Origin: Octopus vulgaris
Lineage: Eukaryota
DNA length: 64,000 nt
Assembly (NCBI GenBank): GCA_951406725.2
Contig: OX597823.1
Span: forward strand, 54,126,001 to 54,190,000
Direction: 5' to 3'
Positions 1 to 16,750 of this stretch are shown piece by piece. Below the pieces are notes generated by a model. It saw nothing but the letters and a program-made list of their open reading frames with translations. It made no database searches and was not told the DNA's origin. How positions within the stretch are numbered: position 1 is the first letter of the stretch; each line of letters opens with the position of its first letter. The translations under genes were made by a program, and so were the position numbers.

Positions 1-119
1 ATATTTCATAATTTGATTAACCTTGATATTGGTACTTATTGGTACTTATTCGATCAGTTCCAGACAGGAAAGTGGACAAAGTAACGGGACAAAATAAACA
101 TTTTTTTTTTACTATCTTT

Positions 120-341
120 TATTTATTTCAGTCGTTGGACTGTGGCCATACTGGTACACCCTCTTGGAGGGCCTACTCGAACAAATCAACACCAGTACAT
201 ATTCTTTTAAAGTCTGGCACTTATTCTATTGGTCACTTTTGCCGAACCGCTACGTTACGGAGATGTAAACAAACCAACACTGGTTGTCGAGTAGTGGTGG
301 ACAAACACCACAAACGCGTAGATACATTTACCTACAAGTAT

Positions 342-381
<40 letters not shown>

Positions 382-535
382 GTACGCACGCACACACACA
401 CACACATGCGCGCTCGTATGCAACGGACTTCCACAGATTCCTTCTACCAGGTTCACTTATAAGACATCGATGCTATAGAAGACACTTGCCCAAGATTCCA
501 TGCAGTGCGATTGAACTCGTAATCACACAAACTGC
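120..535 (-). mobile_element. tRNA-derived SINE (major family of this genome) with internal (CA)n
   Basis: Shares blocks such as 'gaagacacttgcccaag' and 'gccgaaccgcta.gttacgg' with copies at 32380-32725 and 44785-45240. Confidence 0.7.
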
Positions 536-977
536 TTTCAGCTTTCGCATTTCGAAAAGATCATGAAGAAAAAGTTTATAGTTCTCTGATAAGCTAATGC
601 CTAAAATATGGGCAATGTTGAACTAAGCTAGATTCGACTAAAACCGGCAGAAATCTGCTGTGTCCTGCACAATACACACTTGTAACCACCCAGCAAAAAG
701 TCAAAGAAAATATGAGAGAATATAACTATAAGAACAATGTTATAATTTCTCAATGAGTACAAAGTCCCCAAAATTTTAAATGAAGACTTTACTGACTTAA
801 ATTGACCTCAGACTGGAAAAGGAACTTCATTTATCGGCCCAAGCGGGATAAAAAAACAAAGACAATCTTCGGTGGAGTTTGAAATAGCAATGTTTAAAAG
901 TGTAAAGCGCTTCACGAATTTACGTATTATATATAAGCGTAGAGTCACATTAACTTCTATAATGTTTAAATGCGATA

Positions 978-1497
978 CAGTACCGGACAAGCTTCCGGGA
1001 CGCTAGGAACCGGAAGTGTCCCGGATTTCTGAATTTTCTTGTATTCTGGAGATAGTCTAAATATATATTTAAAATATAAAATAAACTAAGGTAAGTAAAG
1101 AGCTAAACTGTATTTAACAAACTGAAATTAATACACTTCTAAAACAGGGTCTGCTAGATAGTTATCATTCCACTTAAAATTCTTTAAATATATCACACTG
1201 TAGTACCATTTACACAGTATAATGTTTATAGGATGAAAATTACTCATTGAAAAGCAGAGAACATGGTTTTATTTAACCAGTACAGGCACGAATTAATATA
1301 ATTTTTAAGAAGAGTATGTTTAATATTTATCAATCTACTTAAAAACAAAACTATTTTAACATACCATGTACAAATTAACCAGTTTTAAAAAAGCAAGGTC
1401 TGTTTACTCAATACAGTATATTGATCAGTATTGCTCAGTATTCTCGGATTTCTGGGAATTCTTGATTTCTAGAAACCCGATAAGAAGTCCAGTACTG
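978..1497. mobile_element. Tc1/mariner-pogo-type MITE
   Basis: Imperfect TIRs: cagtaccggacaagcttccggg vs reverse complement of the right end cagtactggacttcttatcggg; TA on the left; non-coding AT-rich interior. Confidence 0.6.
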
Positions 1498-1834
1498 AAT
1501 AATGTTATGCCCAAACGAATGAGTTATCATAGAGACTAGCTGACGTACATTTTCAAGAAGCACGGACAAAGAAACGGAAATAAATCGCAAAGGAGCGTCA
1601 TGTAGTGCTAGTTAAAAACAGATTCACGTCTACGTCAATAGATCAAACAAGCTACTTGGTTTTCTCTTTAAATACACTAGTTTATACGTAAACACTTTAT
1701 GTGTGTTCTGGCGTGAACAATTTTTAAAACACTCACTTCGAAGTGTCCTGCTTTGTCAAATACATACAATGTATGTTCATAAGATATCTTGTTCTTAGTA
1801 GCCTAATTCTAGCAGCATCCACTCTTATCTTTTA

Positions 1835-2253
1835 GGATCTTTTCGGTTTGAACGGCAGTTTTTAAAAATAATTTCCACGTAACTAAACACTTTTAAACTT
1901 CGTATATTGGTAGAATGTGTTTATAAAACATTTTTTCTCTTGGCTTTATTGAGAAAATTCTATAGTTTTTTTCTTCAATTTCTGCAATTTTAAACCAATA
2001 AATGACGTCTATTGAGGTGAAAACATTATGTGCCGTATGAATATGTCCCTCGTTTAAGAAACAGATTGGGTTTATTTACATTTCTGAAGAAAAAAAGATA
2101 CCCTTCCCCCCACCCCTAACCCTAACCCTAACCCTAACTAACCCTAACCTTAAAACAGATTGAAATGCAATAGATCGATACTAGGGTCATAATTATGGGT
2201 GATAATTTCATAGGACACCGCTAGAAAAACTGCCGCTCAAACCGAAAAGATCC
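1835..2253. mobile_element. MITE with 29-bp TIRs, 8-bp TSD and internal telomere-like (CCCTAA)n
   Basis: TIR ggatcttttcggtttgaRcggcagttttt at both ends; TSD atctttta at 1827-1834 and 2254-2261; ccctaa repeats at about 2113-2150. Confidence 0.85.
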
Positions 2254-3514
2254 ATCTTTTATACACGCAACATAGCTGTTAAGGCTCTAGGTAAGTCTTG
2301 AATGAGCCAACCAATGATCAAATGTATTACAACTGTTATAATTACGTCCTGTTTCCTAGTTTCAAAGTGCTACATTATACAAAGTGTCCTTCGTGTTTTT
2401 TAAGACAGTAAACTGAAAGGATCAATATTTGGTTGTTATTTCTAGATCAGTTGCTGATATTCTTACTTAAGCCAAAGTGATACTTGTTTGAGCAGATCCA
2501 TGACATTCCGGCCATAAGCAACGCATGTTTTTTCTTCAGACAAAGTGTATCCAGTATTACTTTATTCAAATATATTCTTGGGTTCTTTTTAAAGAAAGTT
2601 CGATATGATATGTGGGAAATTTAATTACTACGGTAGCTCAATTGTTAAAGTATAAAAGTGAAGTATATCACAGGACTATATTTTCTTTTAATTCACTAGC
2701 TCATAGACTTGAACTACCAGCGAACTGCATGGCATTTTAGAATTAATAACCAAATCTTTCTCAAAATCACACTATTGCCTTGCCTTTCTTTGCCTTGGGT
2801 TCTCGACTCCTAATGGAACAGTTCTCGAAGAGAGATGGGAGGGAGAGGGGGGAGAGAGAAGGGGAGAGAGAGAGAAGATCAATCTCATGATCGGACTGTA
2901 CTCGGTATTTGATCGACCCCGAAATGTTGAAAAGTAAAATCGCCTTTGGAGGTATTTGAACTTAGTGCCAGAACGAATATTGTAATACATTGTGTCCGAC
3001 GTTTTAACGAACTGGTCAATTCGCAACCTTATACAATTTTAAAAATACAAAAGACATATTGTATAAAGCATTCCTAGATAAACGTGTATGGGTTTATATG
3101 CCTGCTCAACTAGTGTTAACCTAAATTTAGAAATAAAACAACAATAACATAACTTAAACTTTGTAAAATTTAAAAAGAACATTAGTTGATCCATTTTTTA
3201 CGTGGGTATGTAGTCAGAACAATTGAATAGAAACTTTTTCTTTCGCATACAATGCTACGTCAATGCCTCAAAGAAAATGACAATAAGATTTAAAGTAGTG
3301 TCTACAGAGAATGACTATCAGGTTTAAACTAGTTTATAGTTATATAAGTAAAAATACATGAATAGAATATTATTTTAAAAAGTCTGCTGTGTATTTTAGA
3401 TACGCAGGAAAAGCTAACAATAGTTAATAGCTCAATACCATTTTCACCAGCAATTGACAGAAGGCAAGAACAAATGTGTTTTTCTTCGTTGAGGCTTCTA
3501 AGCGAAGTGGAGTA

Positions 3515-4395
3515 TTGGGTTGGCAACTAAGTTCCCACCGTTTTCTTAAATTTTGGAATTTATTGCGTTTTTAAATTTTAGAGTCTATTTTTTTCGAGAA
3601 TTCAATTTTTGAATCATATTGGAATCTATTTTTTTTTCAAGTTGATTTTAGTTAATTTTTGTTTTTCAGATCATTAGAATTGAATGCCAAGTTAAGAAAA
3701 ATTAGCATTTTCGACACCTCCTTCTTTTTGCTATCAATGTTCTAAGGCCACAAAAGCTGCTCGCGACATTTGTGCTGTGTATGGAGAGGGTGCCATAGTT
3801 GAAAGAACCGCTCGTGATTGGTATGCCAAGTTCAAAAATGGAAATTTTGACCTCAAAGGCGTACCTCGTTCTGGCCGTTCAATTGAGTTCGATGAAGAGC
3901 GATTAAACCAACTTTTGCACGAAAATTCTCGTCAAACTACAAGGGAACTGGCAGAGAAAATGGAATGCTCCCACAATGCTATAAAGATGGAATGACTCAA
4001 CACGGCTGTTCAAGAGAAAAGACCTAATCGTCAGTATGGAGTTCTTCTGCTGCACGACAACGCCCGCCCTCATATCGCCAATATGACCAAGGAAGCCATT
4101 CAAACGCATGGCTGGGAAGTGCTGCCACACCCACCGTACTCTCCTGATTTGGCACCAACGGATTTCCACCTCTTTCGATCTCTTTCAAATGCTATGCGCG
4201 GAGTTTCGTTCAATTCTGATGCAGAATTGAGAGCTTGGTTGGATGAATTTTTCGAGTTGAAAATCTTGTTGAACGTTGGGAAGAAGTTGCAAAGAAGGGT
4301 GAATACATTACTGATTAATTAGTTGTTATTTTTTATTAAACCTTTTAAAAAATTTAAATTAAAAAAAAACAGCAGGAAGTTACTTGTCATCCTAA
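3515..4395 (+). mobile_element. Internally deleted mariner (DD34D) transposon
   Basis: ORF fragments YGEGAIVERTARDWYAKFKNG..PRSGR, LLHDNARPH and HPPYSPDLAPTDFHLF; degenerate TIRs ttgggttggcaactaagttc / gaagttacttgtcatcctaa. Confidence 0.9.
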
Positions 4396-4410
4396 TCGAA
4401 GCAGGCAAAA

Positions 4411-4465
<55 letters not shown>

Positions 4466-4468
<3 letters not shown>

Positions 4469-4710
4469 AAATAGTAAAAAGTGAAAAAAACTACAGAAGG
4501 CTTGTTTTAAAAGGTTAAAACATATATATTTGAGTCAATATGTCTGAAGAATGTTATCAATTTTTTTCTTACATCGTTATGTTTATGTTGAGAAGAGTTA
4601 TCGTTATATTTATGTTGAGAAGAGTTATCGTTATATTTATGTTGAGAAGAGTTCCAAATAAGGGGAGGTAATAAGTGATTTCTTCCTGTGTAAGGGAGAT
4701 AATCGCTTAA
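4466..4710 (-). mobile_element. Penelope-like element 3' terminal repeat fragment (ribozyme segment deleted)
   Basis: Near-identical to the reverse complement of 7056-7331; carries 3 copies of a 27-nt unit; flanked by (TA)n(GA)n. Confidence 0.75.
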
Positions 4711-4799
4711 AATTCCATGATGGAATAAAGGTATGTGCATGTGTGATAACTCATTGAACACCTGCCGCAAGATGTGTCCATCGTTGCCTTATGTGTGCG

Positions 4800-6065
4800 A
4801 ATGAGTGTAGGTCATATCATTGGTAAGAAATCTCCACAACCCAAGAAAATATTGAATCATTCTTGTTGAAAACCTGGAATGGAAAGAGGAATCTCAACCT
4901 CAGTGTATTGTGGCTAAATGTAGTAAAGAGAGAATACTGTACCAACATCAACAGTAAAACATATGCAATTGACCCATAGCTGTAGGTAAACTGCATAATG
5001 GGAATCCACCCGGAAAGGACCTACTAGTCGGAAACTGATATAAGAGAATGACGTTTTACAGTAAACCGCTAATAAGTACTATGGAAGGTCAGATTGACAT
5101 GCCAAAACTGCTTGCTGTAGCTTGGCCAATCTTGTTGCCTGAAAACTACAAGCCCATTGTTTGCCTGAACATTATGTACGAACTGTGCACAAGCTGCCTC
5201 AACCAATTCCTCCAGGAACATTGTGAGTCCAACAACATAGCAACAGATGAGCAAACCGGTAGAAAGAAGGGAGTGTGGGGATGTGCCAAACAACATTTGA
5301 TAAACAAGGCTGTACTGTCTGAAGTAAAAAAAAATCCGTGGGAGCCTTACAACAATATGACTTGATTATTGGAAGGTATTTGACGCTATCCCTAACTCAT
5401 GGCTACTGAAGTGTTTACATTTGGCAAAAGTGCCTGCTATCTTAATTGCTGCCATTGAGAGGCTCACAAAAGTCCGAGAAACTATTCTTACACTTAGAAC
5501 GGAGGATGGAATGATTGTCTCCAAAGCCATAAATTTCTCTCTGCAATTCTGTTCATTTTAGCATTAAATCCACGATCATTCCTGCTACAAAAATCAAACG
5601 GCTACTAGAATATTCCCATTAAGTGTAAGCATAACAGACCGGATTGTTGTTTGAGACCAACAAGAAAAAGTAAGTACCGTAATAGAGGTCAGCTGTCCTG
5701 CTGATGTGAATATATCTTTGAAAATCAAAGAGAAGATAACTATGGGCAATTGCTTAAAAATCTACCGCTTCTATATCCGGATTACAAAATTTACATTGAT
5801 ACTAATATCAATAAGAGCACTTAGTTTTGTAAGTAAATGCCTAACTGTCAGTCTGGATAAGCTTGGCTTTTCAGAAAAAGAAATCGACCAATTGATTCGC
5901 ACATTACTAATACAATCTGTAAGAAGAACAGTAAAACTATGCAAGACTTTTCTCAGGTTTAGAATGTGACTTTGTTTTCGTTATCTACATTCCGACAACG
6001 GAGCTTTGCATCTTTGTTAGAAACCAGCTCCTTCAGAGGAAGAATGATTAAAAACAAGAATAGAC
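4800..6065 (+). mobile_element. Degenerate R4/Dong-clade (restriction-like endonuclease) non-LTR retrotransposon fragment
   Basis: RT block NYKPIVCLNIMYELCTSCLNQFLQEH..DEQTG..GC..QHLINKAV; REL-like HNRPD..IEVSCPADVNI..K..EK; 3' UTR hairpin ggagct..agctcc, then (CATA)n. Confidence 0.7.
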
Positions 6066-6485
6066 ATAATACATACATACATACATACATACATACATAC
6101 ATACAATGCACTCACAGGAAAACGGATTTCAATTAAACCGGATATAGAATGAACTGAACCTATCAGAGTTAAGAGACTAATTGTCCGTGATATGAATTCA
6201 TTCACTTCCTTAGTGTATCGAAATTGTAGGAACGTTTACTCTCATAGTTATGTGTGAGCGCTTGCATTCCTACAAAGTGGAATAGATTCGTCATAAACCT
6301 AAAAAATATGATCAGTTTTATAATGCAAAAAAATTTTTTTGTTTCTACCTCCTCACGCCATATCGAACAGTGGGTGTGTAATAAGAAGTTTACTTCCCAA
6401 TCGCATGGTTCCGGGTTCAGTGTGTTCTACTATAGCCACAGGCCTATTAAAGCCTTGTGAGTGTGTGTGTGTGTGTGTTTGTATG

Positions 6486-6533
<48 letters not shown>

Positions 6534-6693
6534 TGAGAAAGTTGGTTTGTGAAAGCACGTGGTTGAATATATAGAAAATAGTAAAAAGTGAAAAAACTAC
6601 AGAAGGCTTGTTTGAAAAGGCTAAAAAATATATATTTGAGTCAATATGTCTGAAGAATGTTATCAATTTTTTTCTTACAATGACATAGTTTAG

Positions 6694-6733
6694 AAGAAAT
6701 GACCGGTTTCGCGTTCAGCTTTTCAAATTTCTT
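6694..6733 (-). ncRNA. Minimal type-I hammerhead ribozyme motif (U3:A8 variant)
   Basis: Minus strand reads aagaaat-UUGAAAA-gc ugaac gc-GAAA-ccgg-UC-atttctt: 7-bp helix I, 2-bp helix II, palindromic ACCGGU, GUC cleavage triplet. Confidence 0.65.
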
Positions 6734-7170
6734 ACATCGTTATGTTTATGTTGAGAAGAGTTATAAAATGCTCGGGCTGCCACCAAGACTATCACTCAGA
6801 CGTAGATGCACACTGCATCGACCACAGATTGCATTCCCAGAATGCAGAATGATACACTTTAGTGAGCACATTGAGAAATTCGCAAAGCAACTACTACCAC
6901 AATTTTTAATCTTTCCATTTTACCAATGTGCTATCGGAACACCAACACAAATTAGACTAAACAAGGAAACATTCTTCATTGAAAAGTACAAGCCCAGACT
7001 TAACCATTCCAACATACTTATACAGAGAAATTCACTCCAAAGGAAAGACAAAAAGTTTTAAGCGATTATCTCCCTTACACCGGAAGAAATCACTTATTAC
7101 CTCCCCTTATTTGGAACTCTTCTCAACATAAATATAACGATAACTCTTCTCAACATAAACATAACGATGT

Positions 7171-7210
7171 AAGAAATTTGAAAAGCTGAACGGGAAACCG
7201 GTCATTTCTT
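7171..7210 (+). ncRNA. Second copy of the minimal hammerhead motif (helix II mismatch)
   Basis: aagaaat-ttgaaaa-gctgaacgg-gaaa-ccggtc-atttctt. Confidence 0.55.
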
Positions 7211-7325
7211 CTAAACTATGTCATTGTAAGAAAAAAATTGATAACATTCTTCAGACATATTGACTCAAATATATATTTTTTAACCTTTTAAAACAAGCCT
7301 TCTGTAGTTTTTTCACTTTTTACTA

Positions 7326-11290
<3,965 letters not shown>

Positions 11291-11299
11291 GAGCATAGT

Positions 11300-12644
11300 G
11301 TTCGTATAACTTATTTTTGGCAAGGAAATGTTCTACAAATGTGTTTTTCTGTTGAAGGCCGCTTTACTTTTGCAGTAACATCGATGGACTTTTCGAATGT
11401 TTATCACAAAATCATGATCATGCAGAGTGGCGTTTGTTTATTGACTCTTCAAAAGGGAGTTTAAATGCTGTACTTCTCCATAATGATAATTTGAAGCTCT
11501 CCATTCCTATTGCACACTCGGTTCATCTTCAAGAATCAAATGAGAATATGGAACTTTTACTTCATGCCATTGCTTATGAAAGATACTCACGGAAAATATG
11601 TGGAGATTTAAAAGCCATTGGAATGTTAATGGGAATGCAGTCAGGCTTCACAAAATACTGTTGTTTCTTGTGTATGGGATAATCGGGCAACTGACATTAT
11701 TCAAAATCAAACTGGCAGACAAGAACATCATACCAGCCAAGACTGTCTAGCGTCAAGAATACACCTCTTGTAGATCCGTGTAATGTCCTATTGCTTCCTT
11801 TGCACATAAGGCTTGGACTGATGAAACAGTTGGTAAAGACACTAGAGAAGAGAAATGCCAGACGGTTAGAGTATATTGTAGAAAAGTTTCCCAAAATCAC
11901 ACAGGCTAAGTTGAAAGAAAATATCTTTGTCGGACCCCATATTAGAGAAGTACTCAAATATGTCAACTTCAAGGCAACACTGGATGTACTGGAACTGCGT
12001 GCCTGGAATTCTTTCAGTTGGATCTGTGAGAATTTCTTGGGCAACAAGAAGGCAACGGACTACAAGGATGGCATCAAGAATCTTCTGAAATGTTACTTAG
12101 TAATGGATTGTCGCATGTCATTGAAACTTCACTTCTTGGACTCCCACCTGGATTTCTTCGCAGATAACCTTGGAGCAGTGCCTGCTGAACACTGTGAAAG
12201 ATTTCACCAGGACATTAGTGCTATAGAGAAACGGTACCAAGGCTTCTGGAATGACAGTATGTTGGCTGACTACTGCTGGACACTTTAATGTGATCAACCA
12301 GATCAGGAACACCACAGGAAATCCAAATCACAGTGTTTCTAACTCCGTTGTTCTAAATTTGTCTGTTTTGTCTGGCCCATTTTTTGTGTATTCACTCTTT
12401 GTAGAATGATAGTGATGATTTTTAACTCAATAAACTCATTTGCTTTCTAAAAATAATATGTCCTTATTTATTACGTTTAATGATTTCATATATACAAATA
12501 TGTAGATTTGCATGTATCTACTGAAAAATTGATATGTGCTGCATACAATTGGAGTGAAATTTTGAAATCAGCTTGAAAAATTAGTCTCAAAAAGTTGGTT
12601 TCCATTCATAATGAATATAATACATTTAATTTTGTTGGCCAGTG
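11300..12644 (+). mobile_element. Chapaev3 (CMC superfamily) DNA transposon, 3' portion, pseudogenised transposase
   Basis: WRLFIDSSK.SL.AVLLHN, ICGDLK..GMQSGFTKYCCFLC, LPLHIRLGLMKQ, MSLKLHFLDSHLDFF, ERFHQDI..EKRYQG.W..MLADYCW; ends ..ccagtg followed by TAA (TWA target). Confidence 0.85.
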
Positions 12645-13187
12645 TAATCAGAGTGGCACAAATTAGAGCCGATGACAAGCAAAATTTCACCAGCATGCAT
12701 CCTATTTATTTACTTTCTCTCTCGCATTTCCCACTCCCATTTTAATTGGCTTTTGAATTTGCTTACTATTTATTTTCATTCACACTTTCCTTTTCACAAT
12801 GCCTTTTATTTATATTCAACCTGTTATGTAAGACTTCGTTGTTCAGAAACTGCATTTACAATTCGTTGAAAATCCATGGGTTATTTCCCAATTTTAGTGA
12901 GAATTTATACACAAATATAGGTGCAGGCATAGCAATGTAGTAAGCAGTTTACTTCCCAACCACATAGTTTCGGGTTCAGTTCACTGTGCAGCACCTTGGA
13001 CAAGTGTTTCCACTATAGTCCTGGGCCGAGCAAAGCCTCGTGAGTGGATTTGTTAGACAGAAACTGAAAGAAGCCCACCTTCTACACACACACACATACA
13101 CGTAAGTGCGTACGTACGTATGTATGTATGTATGTATGTATGTATGTATGTATGTATGTATGTATGTATGTATGTATGTATGTATGT

Positions 13188-13740
13188 CAAGTCACTTTCG
13201 AGTGCTACTGGTAACATGTAACGCAGTACAACCTGTTGCATGGTCGGGTCGTCGGTGACTAAAACGGCACCCCCACCAAGCTTGCTTGGTGAGGAGGGTG
13301 TTTATTGGACACCCTGCGAGATGAAAAACAAAACCCGTCAAAGGGCGGAGGAACTCTTGAGAGTCAACGGCCATCCAATAAATGTCTTAAGGCTGTATCA
13401 TGCACGGACACGTAAAAATAATCGGACTGAATACCTGATCGTGTAGTTAAACCATTGGCAGTGAAGGACTCCTAGCCTTTGTTAGGGCATCCTTCTAGGA
13501 GAAGATAACTCAGGTAACTGGGATAACTCCGACATAAAACCTGCGGCTCTGTGGTTACAGATAATGTTGACTTGTTCTTCTTTTCGGATTATGGCTGCTA
13601 TTGCTTAGTGAGTGGGATTGACTCAGCGCACAGCTTTTCCTCACTTAAAAAAAAAATCTTCTTGCACAGACATTGCACGATAACAACATCGATTAAGCTT
13701 CGTGCAATGGCCATACTCGATAACGAGGGGGGCAGACACT
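13188..13740 (+). mobile_element. Probable RTE-type retrotransposon 5' UTR fragment embedded in (TATG)n
   Basis: gggcatccttctaggagaagataactc resembles the conserved RTE 5' UTR motif; (TATG)n on both sides. Confidence 0.35.
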
Positions 13741-15023
13741 ATGTATGTATGTATGTATGTATGTATGTATGTATGTATGTATGTATGTATGTATGTATGT
13801 GTACCTTTGTGTTTTGTGACCTCTCACCACCGTTTGACAGCCGGTTTTTGTTTGTTTACATCTCCTGCAATGTGATGCCTCTAACAGAATGTCCGGTATC
13901 CACAGACTGCCAAATCTCTCTGTCAGCGATATATGGAATTTCAGCAGATGTTCAAGCACTAGTGTCGTAAATAGTCAACAGATATATTTGAAAAGAAAAA
14001 AATGATTATTAGCGACAGAGGTAGTATTAATACTAAAAAACAACCTTTATATCCAACTTAATTTGGGTGTTATTGTTAGAACGCCAAATACGGCGTTGTT
14101 TACCTTGAGAGAAATTTTCACATGAATGCATGATGCACAAAAACACACATATTTATATCGCTGGCAGGCGAGAATCGTCTGCTACGGGCACATAAACGGC
14201 CGGGTCATGTGATTTCGACGTGTCCGTCTCTTCACAGGCAGAACGACCAGTAGCCGGATTTCTCACATAGGCGCACGGTGTGTCCACGTCTTTTGTGCAT
14301 GTTTTCCATGTGTTCCTTTATCGACTACCTTTGCAACTTTTCTGCTGCTTTCAACCTTCTATTAATCTTTCCCTACTAATTAAAAAAAAAAACACGGTTC
14401 TCTAACCACGTTTCATTTCTTGGTCGTTGCTTTCCTCACCGCCTCATCCCCAAAGGTTTCCGCCTCAGGACAAAACTTTACCGAGGATTTTTTTGCTTTT
14501 TAAATTATTTACATATCTGTTTGACCGTTTCACCCAACTTTATTCATTAAAACTCATTAAAACTTCGGAAGAAGCTCTTACAACTTTGGTCGTCGTAATC
14601 CTTTGCTTTCGTTTGCTTAGGAAAAATTCCTCCCACTAATGAATTTGCTTTCATTTTGTGATAGACAGCTATCATGCGGAAAATGCCTACTTCCAAATTC
14701 TGTTTTCTGATTAGGTAAAATTGATTAAAATTTAAACCACAGTAATATTTTCCTGCAATTTTTCTGGAACAAATAAATAACAAAATCGGATTTAACGTGG
14801 AAAATTATTTCAATATACCAAATTTTAAAATCTCACAATATGCGACAGCAAGGGGGAAGGCACTACAAAAGTAAAGAGACAGAGAGTTTTAGGACGTCTC
14901 TCACACACACACACGCGCACACACACATACGCACACACACGCACACACATATACATTTACAAACATACGCAGGTTTTCCCGAGAATGGTGTATAGTAGAC
15001 ATGCATGTATGTATGTACGTATG

Positions 15024-15134
<111 letters not shown>

Positions 15135-15290
15135 AGAAATGCCACCAACCTTCTCACTCCTCAAAGCTGCGTATTCCTCACACCTACCTTTCTCTCCCTT
15201 CATCAGCGTTTTAAAAGTTAGTTGTGTGTGTGTGTGTGTGTGTGTATGTGTGTGTGTGTATGTGTGTAGTGTGTGTATGTGTGTGTGTGA

Positions 15291-15336
<46 letters not shown>

Positions 15337-15959
15337 ATGTATCTATGTATTTACGAAATCATCTCTGCGGCCTCGCGTGTATATGACAGTTGTATTAATG
15401 TTATCCCATTGCTACTCCATATTTGCCGCTGACAGAACATTGCACTCGTCTTCCTTGATATCAATAACACTCACTCTGCTGCTACGTTTCCCTCTGACTA
15501 ATACTTTTTGCACCCTTCACATTCTATCATATAATCCCCCCCCCCCCAAGGGGCAAATTATAGATTTATATTGAAATCTAATTAGCCTATTATTGAACTG
15601 AATGTTAGTGTAACATGTATGCAAAGTTTGGTGAATATTTGTTCCACTTGTTTAGGAAGTAAGATGGTATCAGACAGACAGAAATTGCCATTTATAGAGT
15701 ATATATATGTATACGACGGGCTTCTTTCAGTTTCCGTCTACCAAGTCTATTCAGAAGCCTTTTGTCAGCCCGAGACTATAGTGGAAGACACTTGCCCAAG
15801 GTGCTACGCTGTGGGACTGAACCCGAAACCATGTGTTGGGAAGCAAGCCTCTTATCACACAGCGACGTCTGCTATATCTAAAATAATTGTCGATGCTCAT
15901 AGATGCAACACCTTTGGTTATATAACTCTGTTTTTTTTTTCAGCTTGGCTCTTACTATT

Positions 15960-16560
15960 TCGTCCGTCCGTGTCGACGATGACCAAGGACATGACATAGA
16001 AGAGGATGAAGCACAGTGTGTCCAGCTGTGATCGATCAATCCGTAACCTGTTCGGAGAACTCTGTCACAAGTGGGGCACTGGTGGTCTGTTGGGATTGAA
16101 GGCAAGGTGTTAGCTCTAGACTTGCGCAATCCGTGTTTTCTTTATGCCTCGGTAATCATGTTCTATTCATAGGAGGTGACGCCTCTGTTGATGCCGCTCC
16201 ACCAAGTAGGGTGGTCTTGTGCTTTGTTTTCCTGGTATCGGGGTCGATCTTAAAGCCCTTCAATGAGGCTTTAAGTGAATCCTTGACGTGCTTTTTCTGT
16301 CCAACTTGTGTGCGCTTGCCTTCCACCAATTTTCTACAAAATAGTCTCTTGGGGAGTTGCGTGCCAGGTATTCGAACAAGATGGGCCTGCCCACCTAACT
16401 TGTGCTCTCCTCAGCAGTAAGTAAATGCTAGGAAGATCAGCTCGAGATTGGACCTCCGTGTCTGTGACCTTGTCTCACTAGATGATTTTCAACAGCTTTT
16501 TCAAGCATTTCATATGGAAGTCGTTTAACTTTTTGGCGTGGTATTCGAAAACCGTTCAAA
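15960..16560 (-). mobile_element. RTE (BovB-like) LINE 3' fragment
   Basis: Minus-strand translation includes LPKRLF..LVEGKR..GQKK.VKDSLKASLK and QCPTCDRVLRTGYGLIDHSWTH. Confidence 0.75.
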
Positions 16561-16593
16561 TTTGGTTAATAAAACACACACACACACACACAC

Positions 16594-16626
<33 letters not shown>

Positions 16627-16636
16627 TGTATGTATG

Positions 16637-16707
<71 letters not shown>

Positions 16708-16750
16708 ATATCTATATATATCTATATCTATATATATCTATATCTATATA

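Noticed and set aside
2113-2150. True telomere or chromosome-fusion scar
   Set aside because: Short tract enclosed by TIRs and a TSD of a MITE
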